DNA of 63,150 nucleotides, the filler included, from Octopus bimaculoides (lineage: Eukaryota), in NCBI RefSeq assembly GCF_001194135.2. It is 5 parts of 3 records of this genome, joined end to end, with 100 filler letters (N's around TTAATTAATTAA, not from the genome) between each part and the next. Parts side by side here need not be neighbours in the genome. Positions count along the whole stretch, not along the records: positions 1 to 9,442 come from NC_068983.1; positions 9,543 to 22,659 come from NC_068983.1; 3 more parts are not named here. One strand, 5' to 3'. The translations under genes were made by a program, and so were the position numbers. Positions 1-12,029 of the stretch are shown here, piece after piece. Under the pieces are notes generated by a model. It did no database searches. It worked only from the letters and a program-made list of their open reading frames with translations, and was not told where the DNA came from. Numbering within the stretch: the first letter of the stretch is position 1; every line of letters starts with the position of its first letter.

Positions 1-9
1 TATATATAT

Positions 10-233
10 GTATGTGTGTGTATGTGTTTGTGTCTGTGTTTGTCCCCCACCATCACTTGACAACCGATGCTGGTGTGTTTACGTCCCCGTAACTTAGTGG
101 TTCGGCAAAAAGTGACCGATAGAATAAATACTAGGCTTACAAAGAATAAGTCCTGGGGTCGATTTGCTCGACTAAAGGCAGTGCTCCAGCATTGCCGCAG
201 TCAAATGACTGAAACAAGTAAAAGAGTAAAAGA

Positions 234-234
<1 letters not shown>
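10..234 (+). mobile_element. SINE family B, 3' half
   Basis: Near-identical to the 3' halves at 56450-56660 and 58300-58511; ends in ...gactgaaacaagtaaaagagtaaaagag. Confidence 0.85.
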
Positions 235-270
<36 letters not shown>

Positions 271-499
271 TGAAGACACCTGGTTCAGGGGTTAGAGTAT
301 CGGGCCCACAACACTTGTTTTAGAATAGAGAAAGACATTATTGGATCATGTCGTCTGAGATACACTATGGAAAGAAGAGACGAGATGGTCATGGCTTTGA
401 TCATAGTTCTGCTCGATCAGAGTTTAGCTGGCGCTAAAGAATAGGAACGGTAAAGACCCCTTTCAGTCAAGAATAATCCTCCGAGACACAATTTCAGGC

Positions 500-761
500 A
501 AGATTGTTTATGGAAGACCAGCAACCGCCCATATATACCAGCCTCCCTTCTCCATGCCACCAATATTATCCAAGGGAAGGCAAAGGCCGATACAGCTTGG
601 CACCAGTGACGTCGCAACTCATTTCTACAGCTGAGTGAAATGGAGCATCCTGAACTATTATGTTTTGCTCAAGAACATAACACACACTCCAGTTCGGGAA
701 TCGAACGCATTACCTTTTAATTGTGAGCCCGACCTTCGAGCCACTGAGTGATGCGCCTTCA
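500..761 (-). mobile_element. SINE family M (tRNA-like head, Meta/MESC-like core)
   Basis: Reverse strand reads gaaggcgcatcactcagtgg...gttcgattcc...ttcttgagcaaaaca...cactcagctg, matching the element at 58053-59062. Confidence 0.65.
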
Positions 762-792
762 ATAACATTATACGCAACGGAACAATAACGTT

Positions 793-1132
793 ACTGGACA
801 GGGTGCGTAGCTCAGAGATCAGGGAATCTCTCCGGGTCGAGTCGTTATTTCTCCTCATTGAGAGGTCAATCCTCCGGACTGATGATTAGAGCGCTGTAGG
901 AAAAGATGGCAGGATAAGCTTTCCAACCCCAACCAACCGGCAGGTGACTGGGGGTAGATCTAGAGAAAGATGTTTGGATAATATCTTTAGTTTCAGTTGG
1001 GTACGCTTGGGGTCCAGCCAGAAAAGGTCTAACGACAATTGCTTGTGGAGAGACCTTATGGAGGAGGTGCTGCAAGACTGTACTGCTATGTTCCGTCCAA
1101 GAATATCGGGCGGCAAAAATGGAAGGATGGAT
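793..1132 (+). mobile_element. RTE-clade (Expander/Rex3-like) LINE 3' fragment, degenerate
   Basis: Frameshifted translation LDRVRSSEIRESLRVESLFLLIERS...PTGR..GRSRERCLDNIFSFSWVRLG; ends in aaaatggaaggatggat, like the (GGAT)n Expander tail. Confidence 0.75.
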
Positions 1133-1635
1133 ATTATAAGCAATAGCTTCGTGATTCAAATCCCACCAGTGAACTCGTTTCGAGTTTCTCTTTCAGCTTA
1201 TAAAAATCTCATGCCATTTTCAAAAAAACACTTTGCAGCGAATTCATAATAAGAAAACACAATCTCCTTCCACCAGTTATATCGTCGCGCTTTGCTTTAT
1301 TCTTTGTATCCACTATTACTAATCTAGCGATAGATTTGATTAATTTAATTTAGTAGAAACACGTTGAGAAATTTATAATTTTTAACGCAATCTTTCAATT
1401 TAAATTTACAAAAAAAAAAAAGAAAGTATCCTGATGCAGGAGGTATCATTTTACATGGTACAGAGTCATGTACTTTGTAGTAAATCATTTGATCTCGAGT
1501 AGAATGTTCTAGCAAATCTAGAACTTCCGATGGGATTTCAAAGCAGGCTTTTATGTTATTTATCTGTGTGTTTATGCACTTATTTCATTTCGGAGGTCGG
1601 CACTTTCATTCAGTTATTTTCATATATTTTTTCTC

Positions 1636-1745
1636 ACCACCATCACCACCACCACCACCACCACAACAACAACAACAACAACAGCAGCAGCACCTCTTCT
1701 TCTTCTTCTTCTTCTTCTTCTTCTTCTTCTTCTTCTTCTTCTCCA
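1636..1745. repeat. Compound trinucleotide microsatellite (CAC)(CAA)(CAG)(TTC)n
   Basis: Seen directly. Confidence 0.95.
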
Positions 1746-2123
1746 CTACTTGTCCTTCTCCTCTACTTGTCCGCATGGGAATACTGAGTATTTGGCGGAA
1801 CAAAGTTACCCTACAGAAATGCATAGGCAATCGTAAATTCTGAATTATATGCAATATAGACATATTATATACGCATGCACATGCACAAACTCCCACATAC
1901 AATTATACATTGACATAAAATATTTACATACATACACACATACGCGCATACAAACACACGTGTGAGTTTGTACGCTATATATTTTTACAAATTCATATCT
2001 CTATATAAACGTCTATGTATGTATGCATGTATGTATGTATGTATGTATGTATGTATGCATATAAATATGTGTGTGTATGTATATATGTATCTATCAATAT
2101 ATATATATATATATATATATATA

Positions 2124-2446
2124 CACTGTATATACTTGACTATAAAACGCCCTCGCCTATAAGACACACCCCTGACTTACAAAGTTCAAATCGGGAATTT
2201 TATCACTGACGGGTAATTTCTGTGCGATATTAGTCCTTTGTCTCAGTGTAAGATTGTGACGTTTCATAAACCTTGTACACCAGCCAAGGGATGCTTTAAA
2301 GTCGGATATACCATGTTTTCACTTGGAGATCCCGCAGTCTAATGATGTTTCTCGTGACAATGCCCTTTCGTGCGTAGTTCAGTCACTCAGTCTCTCAAAA
2401 TAGTCTCCATCTCCTCATTCAACAAGTTTTGCACCCAAATCAGACT
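2124..2446 (-). mobile_element. pogo/Tigger-family DNA transposon remnant (CENP-B HTH fragment next to a terminus)
   Basis: Minus strand: EMETILRD*VTELRTKGHC / VTRNIIRLR / DFKASLGWCTRFMKRHNLTLRQRTNIAQKLP. Pogo-like terminus ctgtatatacttgactataaaacgccctcgcctataagacac abuts a (TA)n tract. Confidence 0.8.
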
Positions 2447-2466
2447 TTACTACACACACACACATG

Positions 2467-2503
<37 letters not shown>

Positions 2504-3126
2504 GGACGCATACACACATATGTATATACCTATATACTTAGACGTTTAGGTATATGTATGTCTAAGCGTGTGTATGTGTGTGTATGTTTGTGCGTGCTTG
2601 TGTGAGTGTGTGTGTGTGTGCGTGTGTGTGCGAGCGTCTCTACTTGTACGCAAACATGCATCTACACATTGGCTTGTATTCAGAGAGGAAATGTTGAGCA
2701 GAGAAATCTTAAAGCTACTATTGCCATATCGAGTTCATTAGTAGACGGTCTTATCTTAACTGAGAAGCCATGAAAACAGAGTATGCACTGAATAGTTTAC
2801 TATAATTAATTACACCCACTAAGGTAGTTCTATACTTCAAAAGGATTGTGACATAAATCACTGTTGCGTATAAACATTTGAACACTCGTGATATATTTTA
2901 CTGTTTCCTTTTTCATAACGGAAGCGATGTGGTAGCTTCATGGTAAAGTTATTTGTTCTCTTTAGCTTATTTAGTTTTATGGCTGTCCTTACAGATTTTC
3001 AATGCATTTTTTTTATATCCTTGTATTTTAATTATACGGTTCGGTAAATTGGATACTGCTTTCGACTTGATGAACATTTTATTAAATAGAAACAGTTTAA
3101 TTTCAAGTTCCTGGCTAACTACTTAC

Positions 3127-3161
3127 CTACCGTCTGTACTATATTGTAGATCATTGCTTGA
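3127..3161 (-). CDS. Candidate 35-nt exon of an unidentified host gene
   Basis: ctaactgtctaccttacag|TCAAGC...GACGGTAG|gtaagt: branch-point-like CTAAC, CAG acceptor, consensus donor. Two open frames (SSNDLQYSTDG or QAMIYNIVQTV). Confidence 0.4.
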
Positions 3162-3188
3162 CTGTAAGGTAGACAGTTAGGGGGTTGG

Positions 3189-3308
<120 letters not shown>

Positions 3309-3599
3309 AAATACATATATACAAATGTATATTAATGTTAGTTTTTATGTCATTGTATATATAAATACAATTTAATGTTACGCTGAAAAATTATGCAATA
3401 CTTTTAAGTTGAGTATGTGCTCATTAAGCTTTTACTAGAGCGTTGACAGTGACTTCGAAGTTTCAACTTCTACGCATTCGCTAGGCAGTCTGACAACGAT
3501 TGACAGGTGGATACATTGACATCACTGTCCGGCCAATAAAAGTTTAACGTGTATATATATATATATTGCATATACATGCTTATATGTATATAAGAGAGA

Positions 3600-4790
3600 T
3601 AAGATGGTGAGTTGGCACAATCATTAGAGAGGCGGCTCAATTGCTTTGCGGTATTCGTTACGACTTGAAATTCCGCCTAAGCAAACCTTGCGTTCATCCT
3701 TTCATGGTCGATAAATAAAGTACCTTCTAATTTGTCTCCTCTCCCTACAAGTCTTTTACGCTTTCATTTTCTGTATTTCTCTCTATATTTTTCCTTCGAA
3801 GGGAATGGCTATGATTCGGCCTGAAAAGGTATAGGCTCCGACAGCTTTAAAAATGTCCAAGTCATACCACACGGGACACCAACGAACTCAGCAGGAAGTG
3901 AGGGCTCAAGAATAGGAATTAGAAAGAGATTAAATAAAGAAATAAAAGGAAAATATGAAGGAGAGAAAAGATTAATTAGATAATGCTCTCGGTGACTCAG
4001 AGAAAAGTTACGTTTAGTAATAAGATGCCAATAATTATTCATGCAAGCTAAGGCGGCGAGCTAGCCGAATCGTTTGGAAACTGCTGGCCTTGTGCCAAAA
4101 TTTGAAACCAATATTTACTTATGCAAACTAACTGCAGCGTTCATATTTTAAAAATTTGATTAGTCATACAAAGAATACGACAATGTATTCACAGGACCTC
4201 ACTGTGATTGATTTAAGTTTCAGCAGTTACATAAAAGGGCCGTTGGGGTGGAAATTTCAGGGAATTACTGTTATTTCAGGGAAATGTAGTATAGCTACAC
4301 GAAGATAATCAATTGACAGAATTATTAGAGCTTCAGATAGGACACTTTGTGATATTTGTTCTTGCTCTCGAAGCTCTGAGTTCAAATCCCACCAAGGTTA
4401 ACATTATCTTACACCGATAAATGAAGTACCAGCTCAGTACTGATGAAACTCTCTTTCACTCTATATATCCGTCCTTAATGTTCCATTGCATCGTAAGTGG
4501 AACTGCAAGGGTAATGATATTGCTTAGAGTTTTGCAGGTCCAAGCCTGCTTACGTTCTGGTTTCAGATTGCGCTGAGGTTAACTTTATCTTTCATTCCTC
4601 CAGAATCGATAGGCTAACATACCATTTAGTAATGAGACTTCTACCTTCGACTAAACCCCTGGCCTTACACCTAATTGCTGGCCTTACACCTAATTGCTGG
4701 CCTTACACCCAATTGCTGGCCTTACACCTAATTGCTGGCCTTACACCTAATTGCTGGCCTTACACCTAAATTAGTAAAAATTAGCCAGAA
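3600..4790 (+). mobile_element. Several degraded SINE family A fragments (about 3600-3725, 4045-4115, 4240-4450, 4535-4790)
   Basis: Recurring motifs ggcgagctggcagaa, gagttcaaat, ctttcatcct..gtcgataaa..agtacc and ctggccttgtgccaaaatttgaaacc. Confidence 0.65.
4659..4769. repeat. 19-bp tandem repeat, about 5.8 copies (ctggccttacacctaattg)
   Basis: Units start at 4659, 4678, 4697, 4716, 4735 and 4754; one substitution in unit 3. Confidence 0.95.
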
Positions 4791-7399
4791 TACTAGGAGC
4801 AATGCCTGACAAGTTCTCTTCGCTAGGTGAATTGTACAATTTCATTGCGAATTATACAAAGAAAACCGAGGGATGGTCTAAAAGTAAAGAATTAAATGAT
4901 TAGTTTCTTGTACAGTTAGGGTTACAAGGAGAGGTTACAAGGAAGGCGGGTATAACATGTTGGTTAAGTTCAGCGATGCAGTGTTAGAAAGATGTGTCTA
5001 TCCATTTGCTTAACACTATGAAAATTGTATAGCTCTAATCATATGCCGTAACTTATCTTAAGCATAAAAGACTAACAGGGATAAGAGAAATTTATAGTTT
5101 CGTTGTGTAGTGGGGTCATTCAACGGAAAAGTTGATGGTATTCGACCGGATGTTTTATATTACAAGTACTTACTCCTTATATGAAACATCCGGCAAAATA
5201 CAGACAACCTTTATATATTTTAGTAATTTGGGTTTTATGCTATATTTGTCAAACGTTTGCCGACTTTCAATTTGGATTATACAAGGTTAGCAGGTGCACA
5301 AAACATTCTTGTTTCATACACAAGAATGTCTCTAACTCACCTAATTCCTTAAAATCACATGTTGATTAATCGAGCATCTTTGACAGGGGTGGGTAAAATC
5401 GCAACTATCATATTTTTAAATGTAAACATAATCCAACTTACAATGCTTCAGAAGTTGTTAGGGTTACAAAAATCGCTGTTCTGAATAGAGCGTATATATA
5501 CAAACACACTTGTATATTAAAAAATTTTGAGGTTTTAGCTGAAATATTAAACAATTTGTGTGATGATAACAATACAATCAGTAGGCCGATCATAATGTTT
5601 GAAAGTAACTACAGATTACAATTGGTAACGATTATATGTAGCAGATAGGTGAGAGGAAGAAAATGTTAATTGATTATGGCCTTCATTTTCATCGTTACAA
5701 TGTAAAATATAACTTCCTCGAGTTGTACAGAGATTATTTGCAGTCCTGTTACCCATTCTGTAGGTAGATAAATTCATCTCTGTTGACTGCTAGGAGAGCG
5801 GATGGAAGACGGAGAGAGAAAGATTAAAATAATTTACTTCACTGTATTGACAAGTAAAGAGGGGGAAAGTTGTCTAGTCCCTTGCATGAAGTGCTTCTTC
5901 CATCGGAGACAAACGAATGGAGGGAGACCTGAATTTGGGCTCTGTACTTATATTTTCTCCTAACTAAATTAGGTCAGGCTAAACAAAGGATAACTTTTGT
6001 CTGTTATCTATCTTGACCTAAGTTTGACTTGAAATGGTCAGTTAAAGAATAGAATATATGTAACCGTTTACTCTCCTAAATTTCTTAGTACAAATGTCGA
6101 GAACAATAGAAAGGAACTCGTAGAAAAGTCTAGCCTAGGATTTGAATCTTGGATAAGAATCTGAGGAGCGATTCGCAACACTTCTCATTACCCTTTAGAG
6201 GGTTAGTAAAAAACAAACGAACAATAATAGGAAAAATTGCAGAAATGTGAACCATGCAAAAATTGAACAACGTTCTGAATTGTGAATGTCAGGTGTATAA
6301 GATACAGGTGACTGTGGTGCAAGACGAGAAAATTCATAGATATGAGTCGACAGAATCTGAGGTGATTCATAGTATTGAATAATTGAATAGTACACTGTAG
6401 TTACTTTCAATTGCATATATCATTAATTTTGAGATTGTAGGCGAAATACCATTATATCTAATCTCTACATTGCATGAAGAGATTCTAACTCTTTCACGAA
6501 TTCTTAGGTTTATTGAAGAATTCTTCACCGTGCAAGCCTTTTTCTCTTAGCTCCCCAGCAGCTATTATTTATTTGATCAAATATCTATTAAGAGAGGAGA
6601 GATTTGTTCATCGCACTTTCCTGATTATTTCCTTTACAGCGGAATACGTGATTGTCGGCGTCACATATTAAGGAACTATTATTGAGGTTAATTTTTGACT
6701 GTCCTGTGTGTCACATGTGATACACAAGACATATTTCCCTTGTGTTCATGCATCATATATGGAGTGTGTATTACACACTCCATTTTGTTTCAACCACTAG
6801 AATAACTTGAGATTTATGAAAGGAAAATTTTATATTATTCAGAACGTATGAAACAAGGGCTAACTAAAAGTCTGAAAACAAGCATGAACCTTTAGGACAA
6901 ACTTATGAAAATGGTTAGGACAAGCAAAGAGTTAAATGATATTTGGAAATCCTGTTTCCAAGCGTCATTTTGGATAGTCCATCCGTTTTAACCACTCGCC
7001 TCCTCATAATTTAAAAGGACATGCAATGATAAATGATACATAAGACTTTGCCCCAGTAACTGGAGTACCAAAAAAATTGTTAAAATTTGCCCCAGCATGG
7101 CCGCAGCCTCAAGGCTGAAACATATAAAAGAATAAAAGAATATACATTGACATTAAGAGCAACATCACACGTAGTAAAATCTCTAATTAGTTTTCTTGTG
7201 TGTCAAGGAATCCATAGTAATAATAGGAGTATACTTGAGAGGCAATTTCCCATTAATGGCAAAAATGATGCAAATAAAATGTTTTGTACATCCTAAATCA
7301 ATTAAAATGTCAACATCTTTATTATTTATTATAGTTGTTGTAGCAATTGACTTTTGAGGAGAACCAGAAACAGCTACAAATGTAAAAAAATATGACTCT

Positions 7400-7402
7400 A
7401 GA

Positions 7403-7463
<61 letters not shown>

Positions 7464-7548
7464 TTATGTTTGACTTTTGTTTTGCATTTGTACAAGTTGG
7501 ATCCAAGTCTCACCCAGAGACTTCAAGAGACAACAAGTTAGAAGTTCA
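7400..7548 (-). mobile_element. Probable R4/Dong-like LINE 3' UTR with (TAA)n tail
   Basis: Minus strand gaagtctctgggtgagacttggatcc...gtcaaacataaa runs directly into a (TAA)n tract; the upstream part is cut by a gap. Confidence 0.45.
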
Positions 7549-7558
7549 NNNNNNNNNN

Positions 7559-8310
7559 TACGCACTGGGGTCGATGTAATCGACTTAATTCGCTCGTCTG
7601 TTCTTGTTTGTTCCCTCTATGTTTAGCCCCTTGTGGGCAATAACGAAATAGGTATTTCGTCCATCTTTATGTCCTGAGTTCAAATTCTACCGAGCTCGAC
7701 TTTGCTTTTCATCCTTTCGGGGTCGATGAAATAAGAAACAGTTGATGACTGGGGTCGATGTAATCGACTTCGCTCTTCTCCGAAATTGCTGGCCTTGTGC
7801 CAAAGTTTAAAACCAATATTACTCTAGGCCTTAGTAAGGTGGCGAGTTGGCAGAATCGTTACTGCCTTTCATCTTTTCGGGGTCGATAAAGTAAGTACCA
7901 GTTGAGCACTGGGGTTGATGTAATCGACTTGCCACTTCTCCGAATATCTGGCAGAATCGTCTGAGCGTCAGAAAAAATGACTTTAGTAATCCTTCTGGCT
8001 CTTTTAATCCCAGTGGGATCGATACAATGAAGTACTAGTCACGTACGAGTGGATTTAACCGAATAACCCCTCATCCAAATTCCTGGCTTTGCACTTATTT
8101 TAGAAACAATTGTTATTAAGGCTGAGTCGTTTTTGAGTAAAGACTTTATTCTACATAAGTGCGGAAGAAATGACGCCAAGGTTGGCTTTGCCTTCCATCC
8201 TTTTTTGGGTCGATAAAATAAGTACCAGTCAAGCACTCAGATCTATATAATCGACTTACTCTTTCCTTTAAAACTGCTGGCCTTGTGCCAAATTTTGGAA
8301 CCATTAAATA
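7559..8310. mobile_element. Cluster of SINE family A copies (tRNA head, Nin/Inv-like central domain)
   Basis: Repeated ctttcatcctttcggggtcgataaa..agtaccagttgagcactggggtcgatgtaatcgactt blocks with two different tails. Confidence 0.8.
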
Positions 8311-9231
8311 TTACTACCACCGCAAAACGCATTTATAACCCTTTCTAATAGCAGCCAGATGAAGAAAATCATTATGATCATGTTGAGCATGTTACAAAGG
8401 TTCTAATAACGTATTAGTTGTTGATTTTGTATTCTAACGATTAATATTCACTTGAGCCCGTCCACTGCTAGTGCATATGTGTAATTTGGCCTCCCTAAAT
8501 TTAAATAATCTAAATTCAAGTCATCTATGATGTATAATGTTCTGTTATAAACCTGTAATAAGGGCATTCTGATTCATTTATTATTTTGGAGACTGCATAA
8601 AAACAACAATCTTGGCATGAGAATCGCAAAGCGTGAATAAAATGTATATATACTTATAAGAATTTCCTATACTTCTACATTGTCGGGATTTTGCTTTAAA
8701 CATTTTCAAAAGTGCAACACCAATGTAGCCACTTTGCCTGAGCATGCAAATCAAAAGATATGATATCAAATAATTTAGACCGTAAACATTAACTGGAAGA
8801 GTTTGCTTCAGTTTATTTATATTTCTGTATACTTTGCGTCTTCACTTTCATACACGTAAGATATGCTGTCCTCTGGCAATATAGAAACGGAGCTGAAAGA
8901 TTCCCATGACAATACTTACAAACATCTCCTTGCTCGATATTGCTTGTCTTAAAGAATAGTTTCCAGTCTTGGGTACCAGTAGTAATAATACTGACAGCTG
9001 TAATGGTAATAGCAGCAGTTGTAATAGCTATTTATAATAACAATAGCCGTTTCACAAGAATCCGTTGCTAAGTGAAAGGAATTGTTGAATAAAATGTTGT
9101 GTAGAATAGATATACTTCAAAAAGTATTATCCAGTGATTGGAGTGTCTACTGTCTTTCTTGTCGGGTATCACTGACGAGCAGTCGTATGCTCACCATGAC
9201 TGGCTGATATCACGTTTAAAACATTTCGCGC

Positions 9232-9372
9232 ATAGGTGCAGATGTGGCTGTGTGGTTAGAAGCTGGCTTCCTAACCGCATGGTTCTGCATTCAGTCCCAC
9301 TCGGTGGAACCTCGGGCCAATCAAAGCCTTGTGAGTAGATTTGGTAGGCGGAAACTGGAAGAAGCCTGTCAT
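9232..9372 (+). mobile_element. SINE family B, 5' half
   Basis: gtggctgtgtggttagaagc...cagtcccac...ccaatcaaagccttgtgagtagatttggtaggcggaaactggaagaagcc, then the internal microsatellite. Confidence 0.75.
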
Positions 9373-9376
9373 GTAT

Positions 9377-9428
<52 letters not shown>

Positions 9429-9442
9429 GTGTGTGTGTGTGT

Positions 9443-9542
9443 NNNNNNNNNNNNNNNNNNNNNNNNNNNNNNNNNNNNNNNNNNNNTTAATTAATTAANN
9501 NNNNNNNNNNNNNNNNNNNNNNNNNNNNNNNNNNNNNNNNNN
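9443..9542. other. Assembly linker 44N-TTAATTAATTAA-44N (also at 22660-22759, 51258-51357, 53738-53837)
   Basis: Four identical 100-nt blocks; the 12-mer is its own reverse complement and has a stop codon in all six frames. Confidence 0.95.
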
Positions 9543-9571
9543 TATATATATATATATATATATATGTATAT

Positions 9572-10574
9572 CACAACAATATCTGGTTTGTTTGCTTTTA
9601 TGGTCCGATGTGTACATACTGGGAAGTCCCAAAGAATAGTTACCTTTTCTCCCTCAGTTACAGCCTCAGGGTGGTGCTTGTAATATTATTTTTCAGCAGC
9701 TTTGATTTTATAATGCCGACACATTATGTAGATATTGGCCAACTCTGCCATGTCTTCATTGGTACTCTACGGGTGCTAAAACCTTACATCCAGAGATTAG
9801 TTGGTCCACTGTATCTATCCCATCGTTGCAGTATTGCCACTACACCATTTTTCATCATATTGGCTTAATAGTTCCAGGTCAATAAGCTCTGATCTTTAGT
9901 AGCCAAGATAAAGCCTCCCCTCTCTGTTTTTAGCCCTGAGCTCTGTAGTCACTGATGGGTGTGCTTCTGGTCTACATCAGCTTGTTTGCTAACGGCACGT
10001 ATATTTGCAATGCAAAGGTTTTCGTTTCCCCCTAGCAGCCAATAGTTCAAAGGCATTTTGCTTTGCTATTGATTTACTTTTCTTTGCAAGTTGCTGCATT
10101 TCCATCATGCTGCATTTTCATCATGCTGCATTTCCATCATGCTGCATTTCCACCATGCTGTTCAACCTGGGTATTATGTATAAGCTCAGTTGAAAATGTT
10201 TTGCTCTCCTTCATAACAGAATGTAGCTTCTTACATCTTTCATGGTTTTCAACGAGCTTTAGCATCCAGTCGCTAGATGTTTCAAAATATATTGCCAGTC
10301 CAACTGAGGTGGTTTTGTAGGAGATTTCAAGTTGCATCATGTCATATAAAATAGATGACATCCATATAAAATAGATGACTTATTTTCTTGTCGCCAGTTT
10401 TATATCCATACCCAGTTCTGTTAAGTTTACTTGTAAGGGGTATTAGGCCTATGCAGAAAATTGAAGGTGAAAGTGAGTTATTGCAAGTCACCTTGCAGAA
10501 TGCCGCAGTTGATGTTAATATTTTTTTCTAATCAGTACTCCATTAGAGTGGTATAGTTGGAGATTCGTATTCTA

Positions 10575-10575
<1 letters not shown>
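9572..10575 (-). mobile_element. R4/Dong-like RLE non-LTR retrotransposon, 5'-truncated, internally deleted, degenerate
   Basis: Minus strand: NININCGILQGD..PSIFCIGLIPLTSKLNRTGYGYKTGDKKISHLFYMD (RT), SYKTTSVGLAIYFETSSDWMLKLVENHE, C..IDTVDQLISGCKVLAPVEYQ*RHGRVGQYLH (CCHC knuckle), EGEKVTILWDFPVCTHRTIKANKPDIVV (RLE). The 5' end abuts a (TAA)n array at 10576-10634. Confidence 0.88.
10092..10160. repeat. 16-bp tandem repeat, about 4.3 copies (tgctgcatttccatca), inside the R4-like remnant
   Basis: Units start at 10092, 10108, 10124 and 10140. Confidence 0.9.
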
Positions 10576-10619
<44 letters not shown>

Positions 10620-10819
10620 CATTATTATTATTACTATCTCGTTTCCCACGTGTACTAATGCCCATTTTCCCTGTCGTAGGTTTATCTGCCCCAATGTTAG
10701 ACTATTTTCTATAGTCAATATACACGGCGAAAACTTAGAATTATATTTACAAAAATGTTCACTCGTGAACGTTTCTTAACTTACGCAGAATACAGACATA
10801 CGCAGATGTTTACACATGA

Positions 10820-10827
10820 TGGTGACA

Positions 10828-10877
<50 letters not shown>

Positions 10878-11050
10878 GATGCGTTTCCTCAAATCTCAAG
10901 GATTCTTCCAGAATACAGGTCGGTCTTTTTTCTTCAGCTCCACATTACGCTATTCAATTTCCCTATTTCAATATGTATCAGTCTGAACGTTGTGCTGAGT
11001 GCTCCAGTTACCGCAGAAATAATATTCATCAATATGTTCCACAGTCTATA
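10820..11050 (-). mobile_element. RLE-LINE C-terminal remnant followed by a (CAT)n tract
   Basis: RLWNILMNIISAVTGALSTT...KTDLYSGRILEI*, resembling the R4-type ending IPIVVGALG...LLGTARILR; then (CAT)n at about 10820-10880. Confidence 0.55.
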
Positions 11051-11939
11051 TCAAACCCCAAATAGAAGCACTCATGGTGATGTCTGCACCAAAAACTTTC
11101 CCGCTTATTTCTTTTCAGAATAATTTCAGCTCTTTTTTATTCAATCAACGGAAGTCACATTTTATGTCCACAGAAATTATTGTTTATAACATACACAAAT
11201 TTATATATACGTAAGTTGGTATGATATAATTTGCATAATAATGTAAACGTTGGCAACTTGCATTAATTACACACTCTTCATTGCGACACGAGCTTTGTAA
11301 GTTACTGAGAATAAATAGGAAAAACTTTGGCTTCGAATACACAGCTGAAAACACTGTAGGTCATAGAAGGTCAACTAAATTTAGCGTTGAAACAATTTCA
11401 TACTTTAACTGCAGCCATTTTATTGCAGGCGTTTTTAATATATGGCAAAAGTGCACATATTTTGATGATATCTGTTTGTTTTTAACTGTGTTTTTTCCAC
11501 ATTTAAAATTTTTACATTTAATACGTTAATATACTTTGACTTCTTTCTTTTCATATGTTCTCCTAAGGCCGTTCAAAATTAATATCAGTTTTTATACGCT
11601 TTTGTTCACAGTTGTATGTTTTACAATTCACAATGACGACTGAATATACGCTTACGTATTGTTTAAAGGACTAAAATGTATATATTTTAGATCTGTGATG
11701 TTATTTCTAAAAGTTTTCATACCGGTAAATACCGGGTAGTCTATAGTGGTATTCATGTAGTAAAATGATATAATGCCTGACAATACGCCCGCACGTACAC
11801 TAACACAAACACACATACACGCACACACGTACGTGTATTTTTTATCTGTGTAGATAAGAGTAAGATGTGCATGTTTGCGTATCTGTAATAAGTGTATGTG
11901 TATTGGTAAAGATGTATTTATGTAAGTATATATGTATGC

Positions 11940-12005
<66 letters not shown>

Positions 12006-12029
12006 AGAGTGAGAGTAAGAGAGAGAGAC

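Noticed and set aside
944-1249. 101-aa ORF as a host gene
   Set aside because: Explained as a frameshifted RTE/Expander 3' remnant.
4659-4769. Short direct repeats as a possible CRISPR array (also 36336-36430, 10092-10160, 49170-49222)
   Set aside because: Units are contiguous with no unique spacers, the context is eukaryotic and there are no cas genes.
6254-6382. 42-aa ORF MQKLNNVLNCECQVYK...
   Set aside because: Short, no recognisable motif and no supporting splice or promoter signals.
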